DNA of 64,000 bases from an uncultured Bacteroidales bacterium (GTDB lineage Bacteria; Bacteroidota; Bacteroidia; Bacteroidales; ML635J-15). The notes beneath the pieces are model-generated. The model was not told where the DNA came from and made no database searches. It worked only from the letters and a program-made list of their open reading frames with translations. Position 1 is the first letter of the stretch. Every line of letters starts with the position of its first letter. Below, one piece after another: positions 38,781 through 48,474 of the stretch. Where the stretch lies: the NCBI GenBank assembly GCA_937982115.1, contig CALJNE010000027.1, forward strand, positions 462-64,461, given 5' to 3'. Both the position numbers and the translations under genes were made by a program.

Positions 38781-39182
38781 TTAGTTAACTTGTTGTTCTT
38801 TTGGTATAACTTCTCCTTTAATATAAAGTACAGATGTTGGCTGAGTTGTTTCGTTTGTTGTTACAGTAATTGACTTATTGAATTTTCCCGGGCGATTAGC
38901 AGGATTGTAAGCAGCTTTAACATAACCTTTTCCACCGGGTTGAATTGGTTCTTTACTCCATTCCGGCGTAGTGCATCCACAAGATGCTTTTACATTTGTC
39001 AGATAAAGAGGAGCATTCCCTGTGTTTACAAATTCAAACGTTGCAGTTTGAATTCCCGCTTCTTCTTTAAAAGTTCCAAAATCATGTACTGTAGTTTTCC
39101 ATGAAATTGCCGGACCTTCTTGTTGTGCATAAATAATACCGGCAAAAGCCACCGCAAAAATCAAAAACATAAACTTTTTCAT
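38781..39182 (-). CDS. single-domain DUF1573 protein
   Basis: Signal peptide, then HDFGTFKEEAG...VKASCGCTTPEWSKEP...NRPGKFNKSITV. Confidence 0.8.
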   Translation of the reverse strand: MKKFMFLIFAVAFAGIIYAQQEGPAISWKTTVHDFGTFKEEAGIQTATFEFVNTGNAPLYLTNVKASCGCTTPEWSKEPIQPGGKGYVKAAYNPANRPGKFNKSITVTTNETTQPTSVLYIKGEVIPKEQQVN

Positions 39183-39253
39183 AACATTAAATTTTAAAAA
39201 TTTTTAGATAGCTCAAAATTAAGCAAAATTTATACCAAACAATTATTTTTTTG

Positions 39254-40273
39254 TTAAAAATTTAATTTTGCTTCTGTACTTACATCAAGAGAATCGTAAT
39301 TGCCTTCAAGAAATCGGTGATAGCCCACAAGAGCAATCATGGCAGCATTATCGGTAGTATATTTTAATTTTGGCAAATGCAGATTCCATGATTTTTTTTC
39401 TGCCAGATTTGATAAGTGCGTTCGTAATCCACTGTTTGCAGATACTCCACCAGAAATAGCTATTTCTTTTATTCCTGTGATTTTAACAGCTTTAGTAAGT
39501 TTATCGGCCAAAATTTCCACTATAGTTTTTTGGAGAGAAGCACACAAGTTTTCGAGATTTTTACTAATATATTCCGGATCTTTTTGTATTTCGTCTCTAA
39601 TATGATATAGAAAAGATGTTTTCAGTCCGCTAAAGCTAAAGTCCAAATTCGGAATCTGAGGTTTTGAAAATTTTATTGAATCAGGATTTCCTTTTTGAGC
39701 CAACTTATCAATCACCGGACCTCCCGGATATCCGAGTCCCATAACTTTAGCACATTTGTCAAAAGCTTCTCCGGCAGCATCATCAATAGTTTCACCTATA
39801 ATTTCATAATTAAGAGCACTTTTAACCACAATAATTTGCGTATGGCCGCCCGATACTAACAAACACAAAAATGGATATTTTGGAACAAATTCAGGTTCGT
39901 TTTTTTCGCGTAAGAAATGTGCCAATAAATGACCATGCAGATGATTTACTCCAATAATTTTTTTTCCTCCTGCAATTGCAAGACCTTTAGCAAAAGAAGA
40001 TCCCACAAGCAAAGATCCTAACAAACCGGGGCCTCTTGTAAAAGCAATCAAATCTATATCGGCAAAACTTAACTCTGCTAATTCGAGAGCTTCTTTAACA
40101 ACCAGTACAATATTTTGCTGGTGAGCTCGGCTTGCTAACTCCGGTACAACTCCTCCATATTTTTGATGAATTGACTGAGAATTTATTACATTTGAATATA
40201 ACTTTCCATCTACCAGAACAGCGGCAGAAGTGTCATCACATGAAGATTCTATTCCCAAAACCTTTACACTCAT
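39254..40273 (-). CDS. tsaD: tRNA N6-adenosine threonylcarbamoyltransferase
   Basis: LGIESSCDDTSAAV, NHLHGHLLA, VSGGHTQ and ISGGVSANS are present. Confidence 0.95.
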   Translation of the reverse strand: MSVKVLGIESSCDDTSAAVLVDGKLYSNVINSQSIHQKYGGVVPELASRAHQQNIVLVVKEALELAELSFADIDLIAFTRGPGLLGSLLVGSSFAKGLAIAGGKKIIGVNHLHGHLLAHFLREKNEPEFVPKYPFLCLLVSGGHTQIIVVKSALNYEIIGETIDDAAGEAFDKCAKVMGLGYPGGPVIDKLAQKGNPDSIKFSKPQIPNLDFSFSGLKTSFLYHIRDEIQKDPEYISKNLENLCASLQKTIVEILADKLTKAVKITGIKEIAISGGVSANSGLRTHLSNLAEKKSWNLHLPKLKYTTDNAAMIALVGYHRFLEGNYDSLDVSTEAKLNF

Positions 40274-40365
40274 TTTTTTAACAAAATTTCGTTCACAAAA
40301 CTAATTCTTTTTCTGTATAGATTAATTTTTTTTCATAATATTTGCATTGTAAATAAAAAAAAATT

Positions 40366-43300
40366 TTGAATAGGATTAGGATAAAGAGAGTATTTTTATT
40401 CTTGTTTTTGATTTTTGTCAAAAACATAATATTGTTTTACATTCTGGCTATTTCGCCTCCTATTCAAAGTTTTTTGACAAAAAAAATCATAAATTTTGTT
40501 GCAAAATACTATGAAATAGATTTAACACTCGACAGAGTATATTTAAGTTTTCCCGATAAACTTGTTCTGGAAAACATCAGAATAAACGACACAATTGGGG
40601 ATACATTACTTTTTGTTAAAGAAATAAATTTACAGATTTCTAAAATCAAAGTTCTGGATCGCAAAGTTCATATTGATAAATTTATTTTTAATGAAGCTTT
40701 TGCAAAAGTTTGGATTGATTCAACCGGAACAGCAAATTATGATTACATATTAAATAAATTCAGTTCAGAAACAACTGACACAACAAAAGAATCAAAACCG
40801 ATAACTATTATTTGTAATAATTTTGAATTTAGAAATTCTTCTTTCAAGTTTAGAGATGAATTAGGAGCAAAAAACAATGATTTATTTGATGCTTCGAACC
40901 TCCACATTACAGGAATAAACCTTGCAATAGAAAATATCAGGTATCAATCGGATTCCATTCTTCTCACAATTAAAAACTTTACTTTAAATGAAAATTCAGG
41001 AATTAACATTATTAAATTGAATGCTGACTTTGTGTTTCATCCAAAAGGTATTGAATTAAATAATTTTTTATTTAAAACATTTAATTCCACTTTAAAATGT
41101 AATCAAATAGCAATAGAAGGAAGCGACGAAAACTATTTGGATGATATAATGAGTAAGTCGAAATTTGTTCTGGATATTGATACATTGATTTTTGATTTTG
41201 CAGATTTGGCTCCATTTATGCCGGAATATATACACTGGCATGACAAAATACATATCTCAGGAATTTTTAAAGGAAGATTATCAAAATTCAGGTTTAATAA
41301 TTTCAGTTTAAGATACGGCGAAAGCTCAAGCTTATTGGCGGATCTTTCGATTGACGGACTGCCGGATATTGATTTAGCCTTTATTTTTGGAAATATATCT
41401 GAACTTCAAGTTAGCACAAAAGATATTCAAAGACTTCTTAATACTTTAAATCCAAAAGAACCTACAATTTTACCCCAGTCGGTAAAAGATATAGAAAACA
41501 TCAGTTTCTCGGGTAATTTAACCGGTATGCTGAATGACCTTGTTGCTTACGGTAGTTTTTATTCATCAGTTGGTTCAATAAATACCGACCTTTCTATAAA
41601 AAGTGATTTCGATAGTTTCTTTATAAGATTTAAAGGAAAAATCAAAGGAACTGATATAGACCTTGGCAGAATTACGGGGGACGCCGCCACTTTTGGTAAA
41701 ATAAACTTTATTACTGAAATAGATGGAAATACAGATTCTTCAGGAAATTACTCTGCAAAAATAAAAGCGGATATTTTAAATTTAGATATTCTGGGATATA
41801 ATTACAATAGTATAAATGTTCAAAGTGAAATTTCTAACGATTTTTACAAAGGCGAAATTTTAATCTATGATCCCAACCTGCACGTTGAATTATATGGACA
41901 ATACGATGATCGTGGGAAAACTCCTGTAATTGATCTAAGAGCGGATTTAAAAGCAAATTTAAGCAAGATTAATATTGTGCCGGATTCTCTTAATTCGGAG
42001 TTGCGATTTAATGTTTTTGCTGATGTTAAAGGTGACGTATTCACTTTCCCTGAAAGTAATATTAATTTAAGTGATTTCTACTATTCACAAAACAATAATT
42101 CAATCAAAGCCGGAAATTTCTCCATAAGTTCTTTTATTGATGAAACTACTTCAGATCAAAACTTAAGAGTTAGATCTGATTTTCTTGATGCCAATTTCAG
42201 CGGTAAGTTTTTATTTAATGAAATGTTTATTGCAATAAATGATTTGCTTGCAAACTATTTACCTTCGTTTGTAAAACATGAAGAACACGATGTTTTTAAA
42301 TCAGAGAACACATTAAATTTTGACATTACTCTTAAAAACACAAATCAATTAACAGAAACATTTTTACCACATTTATCAATTAATAAGGATATTATTGGAG
42401 AAGGCTTCATTTCTGTCCCCGACAAAAAAATAAATATAGTTTTTTCTCTTCCGGAAATAAAATATGACAGCATTTACTTCTGGGGTTCTCAAATTGATAT
42501 AAATAGTTATGAAGATTCGTTGAATTTGGTTTTAGCAATACAAGAAATAAGTACCAATACTTTTCCAGTTTTTGAGAACTTTATTTTAACAACTTCAACA
42601 CAAAACGACAGTATCAATTTAAGGCTATTATGGAATAATAATGATATTAAGAGAAATAATTCTGGGAATATCTTTTTCCGAACAAAAATTCAATTAGACG
42701 AAAACACAGCTTCTCCAAATTTTTATGGAGCACTTGAAAATTCATGGTTTATTGTTGAGAACAGACTTTGGGAAATTCGAAGGACGCCTCTGAAATTCAC
42801 AAATAATATTTTCAGTATTGATAAGTTTATGATTTCTCATAACAATCAATCTTTATCTATAGATGGAGAGGTTGGTCCAGAGAGTAATAATGTTTTACGT
42901 TTTCTTATAAATAATGTAGATGTTGCTAACTTTAACAATTATATCGAAGATTCGGGGTTTAAATTTAATGGAATACTTTCAGGAAACGGAAGACTATCCG
43001 GTGTTTTAGGAGATCCCAACTTCAGAGCTTCGGTAAGTATTGCAGATTTTAAAATAAATGAACAAGATTTTGGTAGATTCGACATTAGCGGAGCATATAC
43101 TGATGATGAAAATGGTATCAGGATTGAAGGTGCTAACAAGTTAATGAAACTAAGAACAAATTATTATCCTAAAAAAGACAGTATAGATTTCAACCTGAAT
43201 GTTAATAATTTATACTTAAACATGTTCGAAGATTTTTTACATGACCTTGAAATTAGCAATATAAAAGGTTACATGGATTTAATATTAACTATAAATGGAA

Positions 43301-44832
43301 ATATTAATGATCCGGAAATTCAAGGTTTTATAAAATTTGAAAAAACAGAATTAACTTATGATTATTTAAATCTTAGGTTAAGCACAGATGATAAAATTAC
43401 ATTTAGCAATAATGCCATAGTATTTAATAATTTTAAGCTTTTTGATGTAAATAAAAATCCGGCAACGGTAAGTGGCTCTATTTTACATAATAACTTTAGC
43501 AATTTCAGGTTTGATATAACTGCTGTTTTTGATAATCTGAAAGCTATGAACACGTCCGAAAAAGACAATGATTTATTTTATGGTAACGTTTATGCTTCAG
43601 GATCAATAAGATTCAGAGGAGATTTAGACAATTATGGAATAGATGTTTTTGGGAAAACGATGCCATTTACGAGATTTTTCTTACCCATGACATCCACATA
43701 CGAAACTTCTTCTGTAGATTTTATTACCTTTATTCAACCAGCTGTGGATTCTTCAGAATTAAACACATCCGTCAATCCTTCACAAAGCTCAAAATATTAT
43801 TTTAAAATGGATGTTGAAATTACTCCTGATGCTGAGGTGCAAATTGTTTTTGATCCAAAAGTAGGCGATGTTATCAGAGGATTTGCAAAAGGAAACTTAA
43901 AAATGGAGTACACTTCCGACGAAGATTTCTACATGTATGGCGAAGTTGAAATTGTCGAAGGTGATTACTTATTCACACTACAAAATATTATTAACAAAAG
44001 ATTCCGAATTCAACCCGGTGGTACTATTACTTGGTATGGAGATCCATACGAAGCAATTTTAAACCTGAATGCGGTTTATTATACTAAAGCCCCTTTAAGG
44101 GAATTGATGGCCGGATTTGATATTGATTCATCGGAAGTATATAATAAACCGACCAACATAGAATGTTACATGAAAATGACAGGTAATTTGATGTCGCCTG
44201 AAATTGTTTTTGACATTAAAATTCCAAATGCAAACGAAAAAGTCAAGAGTCAGTTAGCAAGCATGACGCAAGACGAAATAAATAAACAGATGCTATATCT
44301 TTTGATAACCAACAGGTTTAGTCAGGCTATGCCCGGAATGGAGCCAGCCTCTCAAATAGGTACTACTACAACAGCATTAGGTACAACATCTTCTGAACTT
44401 TTGTCTAACCAAATTAGTAATTGGTTATCGCAGATAAGCAGAGATTTCGACATTGGTTTTAAGTACAATCCGGGGGCAACAGATATTTCGGGACAAGAAG
44501 TAGAACTTGCTCTTTCTACACAGCTTCTTAATGACAGAATCCTGATAAACGGGAATATGGCTTACGGCGAAGGACGAACACAAAATAATGCCTTTGTCGG
44601 GGATATTGAAGTTCAGTTAAAAGTTAATAGATCTGGCAACTTTAGAATTAAAGGTTTTACCAGAAAGAACGATGAATTAGAAGCCGAATTCGGACCATAC
44701 ACTTCCGGAGTTGGGGTATTCTACACAAAAGACTTTAACACATTTGGCGAACTAATCAGAGATGTTATTGATAAGATAACTTTTAAAGAAGCTCGTACAC
44801 GTAGAAAAAAACTTAGTTCTGAATATTATTGA
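40366..44832 (+). CDS. tamB: translocation and assembly module protein TamB (DUF490 C-terminus)
   Basis: A 1488 aa protein with an N-terminal TM anchor, a long beta-rich body and a C-terminal DUF490-like region. It is divergent from tsaD, as is common in Bacteroidota. It appears to start at TTG because no in-frame ATG lies nearby. Confidence 0.75.
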   Translation: MNRIRIKRVFLFLFLIFVKNIILFYILAISPPIQSFLTKKIINFVAKYYEIDLTLDRVYLSFPDKLVLENIRINDTIGDTLLFVKEINLQISKIKVLDRKVHIDKFIFNEAFAKVWIDSTGTANYDYILNKFSSETTDTTKESKPITIICNNFEFRNSSFKFRDELGAKNNDLFDASNLHITGINLAIENIRYQSDSILLTIKNFTLNENSGINIIKLNADFVFHPKGIELNNFLFKTFNSTLKCNQIAIEGSDENYLDDIMSKSKFVLDIDTLIFDFADLAPFMPEYIHWHDKIHISGIFKGRLSKFRFNNFSLRYGESSSLLADLSIDGLPDIDLAFIFGNISELQVSTKDIQRLLNTLNPKEPTILPQSVKDIENISFSGNLTGMLNDLVAYGSFYSSVGSINTDLSIKSDFDSFFIRFKGKIKGTDIDLGRITGDAATFGKINFITEIDGNTDSSGNYSAKIKADILNLDILGYNYNSINVQSEISNDFYKGEILIYDPNLHVELYGQYDDRGKTPVIDLRADLKANLSKINIVPDSLNSELRFNVFADVKGDVFTFPESNINLSDFYYSQNNNSIKAGNFSISSFIDETTSDQNLRVRSDFLDANFSGKFLFNEMFIAINDLLANYLPSFVKHEEHDVFKSENTLNFDITLKNTNQLTETFLPHLSINKDIIGEGFISVPDKKINIVFSLPEIKYDSIYFWGSQIDINSYEDSLNLVLAIQEISTNTFPVFENFILTTSTQNDSINLRLLWNNNDIKRNNSGNIFFRTKIQLDENTASPNFYGALENSWFIVENRLWEIRRTPLKFTNNIFSIDKFMISHNNQSLSIDGEVGPESNNVLRFLINNVDVANFNNYIEDSGFKFNGILSGNGRLSGVLGDPNFRASVSIADFKINEQDFGRFDISGAYTDDENGIRIEGANKLMKLRTNYYPKKDSIDFNLNVNNLYLNMFEDFLHDLEISNIKGYMDLILTINGNINDPEIQGFIKFEKTELTYDYLNLRLSTDDKITFSNNAIVFNNFKLFDVNKNPATVSGSILHNNFSNFRFDITAVFDNLKAMNTSEKDNDLFYGNVYASGSIRFRGDLDNYGIDVFGKTMPFTRFFLPMTSTYETSSVDFITFIQPAVDSSELNTSVNPSQSSKYYFKMDVEITPDAEVQIVFDPKVGDVIRGFAKGNLKMEYTSDEDFYMYGEVEIVEGDYLFTLQNIINKRFRIQPGGTITWYGDPYEAILNLNAVYYTKAPLRELMAGFDIDSSEVYNKPTNIECYMKMTGNLMSPEIVFDIKIPNANEKVKSQLASMTQDEINKQMLYLLITNRFSQAMPGMEPASQIGTTTTALGTTSSELLSNQISNWLSQISRDFDIGFKYNPGATDISGQEVELALSTQLLNDRILINGNMAYGEGRTQNNAFVGDIEVQLKVNRSGNFRIKGFTRKNDELEAEFGPYTSGVGVFYTKDFNTFGELIRDVIDKITFKEARTRRKKLSSEYY

Positions 44833-46028
44833 TTTTTTCTTTTAAAAGTTCGTCTTTTATAATTCTGCCTAAGTTTGCGGACTATTTCATAAACCGGAGA
44901 ATTACCAATATCTTCGGGGCATAAGAATTTTTCAACAGTTTTGTTCATAAATTTCTCAATACGTTGGAAATTAAGAAATTCAGACGGTTGTATTAAACTA
45001 ATTGCCAATCCTGTTTTCCCGGCTCGTGCTGTTCTTCCTATTCTATGAACATAATCTTCTACTTTTTCCGGAATTTCATAATTAATTATCAATTCCACAT
45101 CTTCAATATCAACCCCGCGTGATAATAAATTTGTCGAAACAAGAATTATGTTTTCTTGAGATTTAAACTTGCGAATTGCCTCAATTCTTTCTAATTGATT
45201 ATAGGAAGAATCTATTGCTATAACACTGTAATTACTTTCCTTTAATTTTTTATAGATATTTCCGGCAGATGTTTTTGTAGAGGCAAAAACAATAGCTCTT
45301 TTATATTGATAATTATTCAAAACATAAAACAACAACTTTAATTTGTTTTCCGGATATACCAAGTATGCCAATTGATTAATCTCCTCAGCAGGTTTTGAAT
45401 TATTCAAATCAATAATTACCGGTTCTTTTAGAATTTTTTCTGCAAGAACTTTTATTTTTTGTGGCATAGTTGCTGAAAACATTAAAGTCTGTCGGGTCGG
45501 AAGGTAAGATAGGATTTTAATTATATCATCATAAAATCCCATGTCGAGCATCTCATCAGCTTCATCCAAAACCAAAAAGCTCAATTTTTCACAATTCATA
45601 TATCCAAGTGCCATGTGAGATAACAATCTTCCCGGAGTTGCAACAACAATATTAACTCCTTTACTTAAAGCATTTTTTTGTCTAACAAAACTGTCTTGAT
45701 CATTCCCTCCATAAATTGATATATATGATATTTTTTCATAAAAATAAGCTAATCCTGCAATTTGTTCTTCAATTTGAATACAAATTTCTCGAGTTGGACA
45801 AATTATTATTGCCCTAATTCCATCTGTAAAATTCTCCGAAAGCGATTTTATTATCGGTAATATATATGCAGCTGTTTTTCCGCTGCCTGTCTTTGAACAG
45901 GCAAGAATGTCTTTACTTTCAAGTATTGAGGGAATTACTTTTTCTTGAATTTCGGTTAACTCTTCATAACCAAATGATTCAACAGCTTCTAAAATTTTTT
46001 TATCGGAGAAAAGTTCTCTGAAAATCAT
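44826..46028 (-). CDS. DEAD-box ATP-dependent RNA helicase (RhlE-like core, 400 aa)
   Basis: SKTGSGKT, PTREIC, DEAD, SAT and HRIGRTARAG are present. Confidence 0.85.
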   Translation of the reverse strand: MIFRELFSDKKILEAVESFGYEELTEIQEKVIPSILESKDILACSKTGSGKTAAYILPIIKSLSENFTDGIRAIIICPTREICIQIEEQIAGLAYFYEKISYISIYGGNDQDSFVRQKNALSKGVNIVVATPGRLLSHMALGYMNCEKLSFLVLDEADEMLDMGFYDDIIKILSYLPTRQTLMFSATMPQKIKVLAEKILKEPVIIDLNNSKPAEEINQLAYLVYPENKLKLLFYVLNNYQYKRAIVFASTKTSAGNIYKKLKESNYSVIAIDSSYNQLERIEAIRKFKSQENIILVSTNLLSRGVDIEDVELIINYEIPEKVEDYVHRIGRTARAGKTGLAISLIQPSEFLNFQRIEKFMNKTVEKFLCPEDIGNSPVYEIVRKLRQNYKRRTFKRKNQ

Positions 46029-46031
46029 ATT

Positions 46032-46598
46032 CTACTTTCCCTTTCTGCGAAATATTCCCATTTTATCTTTATTAGACTGGGCAAACACTCCTTTGTTAAC
46101 CATTCTTATATCTTCTATTGTATAGAAGGCTCCTGGATTGTATTCGTTTATCAACTTTATAAGTTCATTTAGTTTTTTTCTGCTTAACGTTATATACAAT
46201 ACATGCACAGACCCTCGCATTCCATGAGCATCCATATAAGTTAATCCATAACCTTCTTCTTCCAATTTTTTCATTAACTCAGTCGCCGGTTTTGCAGTAA
46301 CCAATCTTAATCCTACTATTCCTAAAGCAATTCTTTCCTCTATAACCATACCTATATAATTACCTGTTGCAAACCCGGCTGCATAAAACACATAACATAC
46401 CCAGTTACTGAGATTTCCCATTATTTGCCCAATCACAACAATCCAGATCAACACTTCAATAAATCCCAATATTGGAGCAAGTAACTTATTTCCCTTTGCT
46501 ACAACAATAATTCTGATTGTACCTATTGTAACATCAAAAATTCTTGCTACAAATATCAATAATGGTAACACTACATAAGAAAAAACATCAAATTCCAT
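46032..46598 (-). CDS. UPF0316 / DUF2179 family membrane protein
   Basis: Three N-terminal TM helices plus a C-terminal soluble DUF2179-like domain (GLTYMDAHGMRG...YTIEDI). Confidence 0.65.
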   Translation of the reverse strand: MEFDVFSYVVLPLLIFVARIFDVTIGTIRIIVVAKGNKLLAPILGFIEVLIWIVVIGQIMGNLSNWVCYVFYAAGFATGNYIGMVIEERIALGIVGLRLVTAKPATELMKKLEEEGYGLTYMDAHGMRGSVHVLYITLSRKKLNELIKLINEYNPGAFYTIEDIRMVNKGVFAQSNKDKMGIFRRKGK

Positions 46599-46652
46599 AA
46601 AACTAAAATTTTTGCAAAAATATTAAATTTAACCACATCTTGATACTTTAAT

Positions 46653-47696
46653 TTAATAAGAGATCTTTTTTGATTCAATATAATACATTCCCGAAGTCTT
46701 CCAATTCCTTTTTATTGGAGCGGTATATGCAATTTCTGAATAATTTGTTAAAAAGGATTTATAAATATTCTCCATACTTGTAAAAATGCTCCAAATATAT
46801 TTTTTCTTAAATACACTTATAGTCAACGGGTTATAGATTTTTCTTCGACAATAAGAATAAAAATTTGCATAAAGTTGAATATATTTTGTTGCAACACCTC
46901 TGAATGAATAATTTATCCAATGCCTGAAATCTTCATTAATGCTAAAGAATTTTCTTAGCCTTATTTCGTTAGGTTTTATAAATTCTGATTTTATTTTTTT
47001 GTGTTCAATTTTTAAGTTTTTAGCAAAATCATTAAAGATTTTGTTTTCTGCAGTAATTATTCTTCTTGTTCCCTTAATTTTCATGTCCAAAACTCTTTTA
47101 ATATCATTTACTCCAAGACTCCCAACCTTTGCCAGTTTTATGGAATATCCGGAATTTCCATCTGCAGCAACTAATTTAGACGTTTTCTTATCCAGATCTT
47201 TTAAATTTTTTATAAACATTTTATTATCAAATCCGATACCTTTCCTCCCCTTTAAATTGTATAGAAACCATACATCTTTACATAAAGCTTCTTCCCCTAA
47301 ACTTTTATCATTATATGAAACTGAGGCTAAAATTTTATGTCGCCAATCAAATGACGTTAGCGGTGCTATGCCAACTCTTTTACACATTTTTCTTAAAGTC
47401 AGTATTCCATCAGTTTTTAATATCTCAGCATACTTTAAAAAAACCTTTTTCTTTTTTAAATGGTGAATAGAAGTTCCTGTACTTGGAATAAACGTTCTAT
47501 TACATTCCCTGCATTTATAACGATATGTAAACTTATATTTCCCGTGCCTGTAATAACTACTGCTGTTGCAATAAGGACATTTGTTTACTTTAATAGTAGA
47601 ATTATAAAATTTAACCAATATTGGATCAAAATCAGTTTTAACAGCAGCGTTTTTCATGAGATGAAAATTTTTAGCAAAGATAAAATTTTTCCACAT
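46653..47696 (-). CDS. IS1595-like transposase-related protein (zinc ribbon, HTH and a degenerate DDE-like region)
   Basis: CPYCNSSSYYRHGKYKFTYRYKCRECNRTFIPSTGTSIH, then an HTH ending in SFDWRHKI, then a region collinear with the ISXO2-like domain (KGRKG..., ...RGVATKYIQLY). By eye, the first and second DDE acidic residues appear substituted. It is a paralog of the ORF at 1-636. Confidence 0.55.
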   Translation of the reverse strand: MWKNFIFAKNFHLMKNAAVKTDFDPILVKFYNSTIKVNKCPYCNSSSYYRHGKYKFTYRYKCRECNRTFIPSTGTSIHHLKKKKVFLKYAEILKTDGILTLRKMCKRVGIAPLTSFDWRHKILASVSYNDKSLGEEALCKDVWFLYNLKGRKGIGFDNKMFIKNLKDLDKKTSKLVAADGNSGYSIKLAKVGSLGVNDIKRVLDMKIKGTRRIITAENKIFNDFAKNLKIEHKKIKSEFIKPNEIRLRKFFSINEDFRHWINYSFRGVATKYIQLYANFYSYCRRKIYNPLTISVFKKKYIWSIFTSMENIYKSFLTNYSEIAYTAPIKRNWKTSGMYYIESKKISY

Positions 47697-47807
47697 TGTT
47701 TTGTATCAGATAAAAATTTTTTATAAAATTTTGTTCAATTTTTTACCCCCTATCCTAAACATTTTCATTATTTTTATGTTTTATTTTTAAACTAAAATTT
47801 ATTTAAT

Positions 47808-48224
47808 ATGGATATTTTATATGTAGCTAAAGTTAGCGTTGAAGGTGGCAGAAACGGCCACGTTAAAAGTGATGATGGTGTTATTGATATGGATGTTAGA
47901 ATGCCCAAGGGACTTGGAGGCGATGGAGGTAATTACACGAATCCTGAACAACTTTTTGCAGCAGCTTATTCGGCTTGTTATGATGGAGCTTTAAATCTCG
48001 TTGCAAGAATGGAAAGAATAAAACATGAAGGAACTAAAGTAACTGCTAATGTAGCTATTGGCAAAGAAACTGACGGTGGATTAGGGTTATCTGTTGTTCT
48101 CGATATTGAGGTTAAAGGGGTTGACAAAGCTGTTGCTGAAGAATTAGCTCAGAAGGCTCATCAGGTGTGCCCATACTCTAAGGCTACGCGTAACAACATT
48201 GACGTTAAGTTAAATGTATTATAA
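47808..48224 (+). CDS. ohr: organic hydroperoxide resistance protein (Ohr, OsmC family)
   Basis: NPEQLFAAAYSACY and HQVCPYSKATRNNI (both catalytic Cys) are present; length 138 aa. Confidence 0.9.
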   Translation: MDILYVAKVSVEGGRNGHVKSDDGVIDMDVRMPKGLGGDGGNYTNPEQLFAAAYSACYDGALNLVARMERIKHEGTKVTANVAIGKETDGGLGLSVVLDIEVKGVDKAVAEELAQKAHQVCPYSKATRNNIDVKLNVL

Positions 48225-48251
48225 AAAAAAACCGCTTTAAGCGGTTTTTTT
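48223..48251. terminator. bidirectional rho-independent terminator between ohr and tRNA-Pro
   Basis: aaaaaaaaACCGCtttaaGCGGTttttttt. Confidence 0.75.
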
Positions 48252-48252
48252 G

Positions 48253-48326
48253 TCGGGGTGAGTAGACTCGAACTACCGACCCCGCGCCCCCCAGACGCGT
48301 ACTCTAACCAACTGAGCTACACCCCG
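48253..48326 (-). tRNA. tRNA-Pro (anticodon GGG), no encoded CCA
   Basis: The reverse complement is CGGGGTGTAGCTCAGTTGGTTAGAGTACGCGTCTGGGGGGCGCGGGGTCGGTAGTTCGAGTCTACTCACCCCGA. It has the C1-G72 pair typical of bacterial tRNA-Pro and anticodon loop CT-GGG-GG. Confidence 0.85.
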
Positions 48327-48336
48327 AATTCGCCGA

Positions 48337-48344
48337 CAAAATTA
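48337..48344 (-). promoter_or_regulatory. Bacteroidota -7 promoter motif for tRNA-Pro
   Basis: TAATTTTG on the minus strand, 10 nt upstream of the tRNA 5' end. Confidence 0.5.
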
Positions 48345-48474
48345 ATATTTTTTTGAATAATAAAAATAATAACATAAAAAATATGTTGATTTACCGATTT
48401 TTTTAACTTTTATTTAATACTGTTTCATAGTTTTGAAACTTATTAAAAAATAATTTTGTACAAAAATTAGCAAT

